A stretch of 63,568 bases of DNA, filler included, from Kipferlia bialata (lineage: Eukaryota), in assembly GCA_003568945.1 (NCBI GenBank). It is 4 parts of 4 records of this genome, joined end to end, with 100 filler letters (N's around TTAATTAATTAA, not from the genome) between each part and the next. Parts side by side here need not be neighbours in the genome. Positions count along the whole stretch, not along the records: positions 60,533 to 63,568 come from BDIP01000365.1; 3 more parts are not named here. One strand, 5' to 3'. Shown here one piece after another: positions 60,681 to 63,568 of this stretch (position 1 is its first letter; each line of letters opens with the position of its first letter). The position numbers and the translations under genes were made by a program. Under the pieces are notes generated by a model, which had not been told where the DNA came from, searched no databases, and saw only the letters and a list, made by a program, of their open reading frames with translations.

Positions 60681-61213
60681 CTGGTGCGCTCTGTGTTGAA
60701 CCAGTGGGTGAGGCTGACGATGCAGTCGTGGAGGTGGGCCTTGTTCTGGTCGTTGAACTCAATCCCAGAGAGCAGGGCGGCAGTGTCGATGTCGAACTTT
60801 GAGAACCCGATGCCGCCTGACTGCTGGGTGGCCAGCCGGGTGATGAGGGCCCTGTACCCATCCATGATCTCTGACATCTTGCCGGTGTCTGTGGTGGAGG
60901 TGAGTGCCTCTGCCTTGATGACACTGGACACCACGGGGGAGGAGCAGTTGGGGACGAGGCCATGGGCTAGGGGTCAGCGGCAGAGACTCAATGTGGGATA
61001 GGCCTTAGATATGTGTCATTGTAAAGGGAGAGATCAAGAGGGTTTTCTACCTTCAAGGTCATGAATGTGTAGGCCGCCATCTCTGTGCATAGCAGCCTGC
61101 CCTGGGTCCATCTTGCCCAGCACCTCCTCCTTCTTCAGACCCACGCCTGCCTGAAACAGTCCACTTGGATAGTTGGTGCGACAGGCAGCATTCTCGTACT
61201 CTGGGGTGGTCAT
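60681..61213 (-). CDS. nrdD: Class III anaerobic ribonucleoside-triphosphate reductase, N-terminal part (exons 61213-61051 and 60966-60681), 3' truncated
   Basis: Splicing a phase-1 GT-AG intron gives MTTPEYENAA...MHRDGGLHIHDLE/AHGLVPNCSS...LATQQSGGIGFSKFD...LTHWFNTERTR. This matches the NrdD motifs ENAN, HxxGxIHIHDL, NC, QxGG and LNTxxxR in order. The Gly-radical C-terminus is outside the contig. Confidence 0.85.
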
Positions 61214-61516
61214 ACCTCGTTGAGAAGACACTTCCTCGTGACGAGGCTCAATTTTCACCTCTGTGTCACCGTTTCCCAACAATAGACCCTTAGAACAGGT
61301 TTGTCTCCATCCTACTGGAAACAGCCATATTGTGTATGGCCACACCGTGGCCAATGGCCACACAAGCCTGCCGCCACCACGGGACCATCTATTGATACCG
61401 TGAGAGCTTCACCCATTCCTGTTGTATTAACAACACACATGCATACATAAAGACACAGGACCATTGTCAACATCACTCTCCTTCAATTTCTCATAGCATA
61501 ACAGAGGTTCTCAAGG

Positions 61517-62069
61517 CTACTTTGGGCAAGGAGCAGAGCCTGACAGCCTCTCTTCGTTCAAGTAGATGAACTCCTGGTTGCTAGACCCCATGTAAGGGAT
61601 CACAGAGGTCTTCAGCTCTTCCATGAACTCCCCAACCTGTGAGTCAGTGTATAGACTTGGCTGATAGGACTTGTATGTACATGGTGCATGATACCTTTAG
61701 ATAGTCAGCGGCGTCCTCTATGTCCTGGGGCACGCAACTACGGTGCCTCCCAGTGTACACACACACATCATAGCCCTTATCCTTCAGTGTTCTAATGAGA
61801 GCCAACACAGCCTCGGGTTGCAGCAGAGGCTCCCCCCCTGATATGGTGACACGCCTGAACTCAGACCTCGCCATGATCTCATCGGCCAGCCCCTGCACAG
61901 AGTATGCCACCCCCCCCTTCGGGTCCCATGTCTCTGGGTTGTGGCACCCCTTGCACCGCTTATCACACCCCTGCAGGAACACTACGGTGCGCATCCCCGG
62001 CCCATCCGCAATTGACCCATCGTACTTGATACCACTGACACGCACTGGGATCTCCAGAAGCGCGGGCAT
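61517..62069 (-). CDS. nrdG: Anaerobic ribonucleotide reductase activating enzyme (radical SAM), two exons (62069-61695 and 61636-61517), 164 aa
   Basis: [31 protein letters not shown] (CxxxCxxC), [15 protein letters not shown]; exon 2 [21 protein letters not shown] (NrdG GSSNQ tail). Phase-0 intron, stop TAG. Confidence 0.93.
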
Positions 62070-62342
62070 TGCTCTTGAAGAGACTGTAAGTGTAAACACT
62101 TAAACACTTGGAGAAGTGACAGGCATATCCTCTTTTTGCTCTCTCCAGACTCTACACCCTTACACTTCTAATTGGACTGGTTCCCTTACCCTCTGGGTCT
62201 CAAGAGATTCTTCCGGTACTTACTGTAGTAGGTGTATTAATGCCCTCCCACTATAGACCTGTCCACATTTACACCCAAAAATACAAGACATATACTAGGC
62301 CTAGTACTGGTACAAACATCTATGGTACAACTCCGTCCCCTC

Positions 62343-63397
62343 TCACTGTGCCTGTTTCTGGCATATGAAGAAAAAGTGGCCGGCCCCGCCCTCCCCCTCT
62401 CTCTCCCCCTCTTCCTTCCCATGCTCTATGTTGACATATGTCACACGCCACCTGGGGTGGGGGCGAAGCAGGAAGACTGTATCTTAACAGAGAATGCAAT
62501 GGCGGGGAGAAAAGACACAGTTATCACTGCTCAACCCCTGATACTATGCATCAACTATGAGTGCCCTCTACCTGAGTGCCGGGGACACCAGCAGAGGCAT
62601 GCGGGTCTGGGGGTCGGAGTGGGTCACCAGGATATACACACCGCCCGGCTTAAGAACACGGTGGACCTAGACGTGAGAGATTGTCAGTGAGGGGGATCGG
62701 TGCCGGTAGAGGACCTATAGTAATAGAATAGAATACCACCTCAGCCCTACCTCTCTAAGCGTTGTGAATATGTCTGCGGCAGCACACTCGGAGCAGGCAA
62801 TGCTATCTGGATATGAGGCCGAGACCACCCCGTGTACAAACCAGTCCACAGATACATGTCTGTATCACATGATGTATGTGTGTATCACATGATATGTAGA
62901 GACACCACCACACATGCCCACCCACCCAGTGTGCCCTTGTCTAATACCATGTCAAAGGACTGGGCAGGGAAGTCGAGCTTCCTGGCATCCATAGTCAGGA
63001 CTGGGGTGGGGGGGGGGGAGTGACAAATAAGACAAGTCTCCAGACATTATCCAATATAAACAATACAGGACGGCAACTACAATACCAATGAAGCCTAGTA
63101 GTAGTCACGTGGCACCACGTACAGTCCATCTGTCGCCTGTGTCTGTTCCGCTGTGCCATGTACTTGATCACAGGGCCGCAGAAGTCAATGCAGGTCAGGT
63201 TGCTAGGGGTGAGGGGGGGAAGAAGAGAGAGAGAGATATATATAGACACGAACCGGTGTGGCATACAGACGACCCCCAGACAACAACTCTGGAATATCAA
63301 ACACAGCAAGATAGACTTGACAGACTGGCACGTACGTGAATCCATCGTCGAACATCTGTTCACTGAAGAGGGAGTTCCCACATCCAATGACTAATAC
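62343..63397 (-). CDS. SAM-dependent methyltransferase, EEF1AKMT4/METTL13-N-like, five exons visible, 5' end missing
   Basis: [76 protein letters not shown]; TGA at 62345-62343. Confidence 0.9.
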
Positions 63398-63568
63398 CTA
63401 GGGGGAGAGGGGAGAGACACACGACGGGGCAGTATGATATGTATAGTGTGACATAATGGTGAACTAGTGGATATACGCACACACTCTACTCTCACATGCA
63501 AAGAAAAGAGGTGAGGTATATAGGTGGGTGGAGGGGGGGGGGGGGGGGGGAAAAAAAATAAAAAGGGG

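Noticed and set aside
61213..61520. NrdG-NrdD fusion by splicing
   Set aside because: nrdG ends in an in-frame TAG after the GSSNQ tail. The GT overlapping the stop (AA|GTAGCC) is a poor donor and is out of phase with the best acceptors at ~61313-61316. Not fully excluded without cDNA.

Overview
Intron-rich eukaryotic genomic DNA from an anaerobic protist. Gene content and intron style suggest a free-living fornicate (metamonad) such as Kipferlia; this is inference, not established from the sequence. The window is four unrelated contigs joined by 100-nt N44-TTAATTAATTAA-N44 linkers at 24400, 48852 and 60433, so synteny across them means nothing. Contig 1: Mrp/NBP35 ATPase, an intronless orphan ORF and the C-terminal part of a TOR kinase. 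Contig 2: ABCC transporter, kelch-type propeller protein and a giant DUF3638/DUF3645 helicase-like protein. Contig 3: SMARCC/SWI3, an orphan RFC first exon (probable misjoin), DUF2157-like membrane protein, Cid1-family terminal nucleotidyltransferase and V-ATPase subunit a. Contig 4: a class III ribonucleotide reductase pair nrdG-nrdD with spliceosomal introns, next to an EEF1AKMT4-like methyltransferase. Most notable: (1) introns systematically filled with copies of the adjacent exon ends, splice sites included; (2) a bacterial-type nrdG-nrdD pair in a eukaryotic chromosome; (3) a TOR with a remodelled rapamycin pocket; (4) the ~3000-aa intron-poor SecA/SF2-like protein; (5) an Mrp lacking its CxxC. 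All family calls come from motif recognition by eye, with no database search; exon structures are manual.
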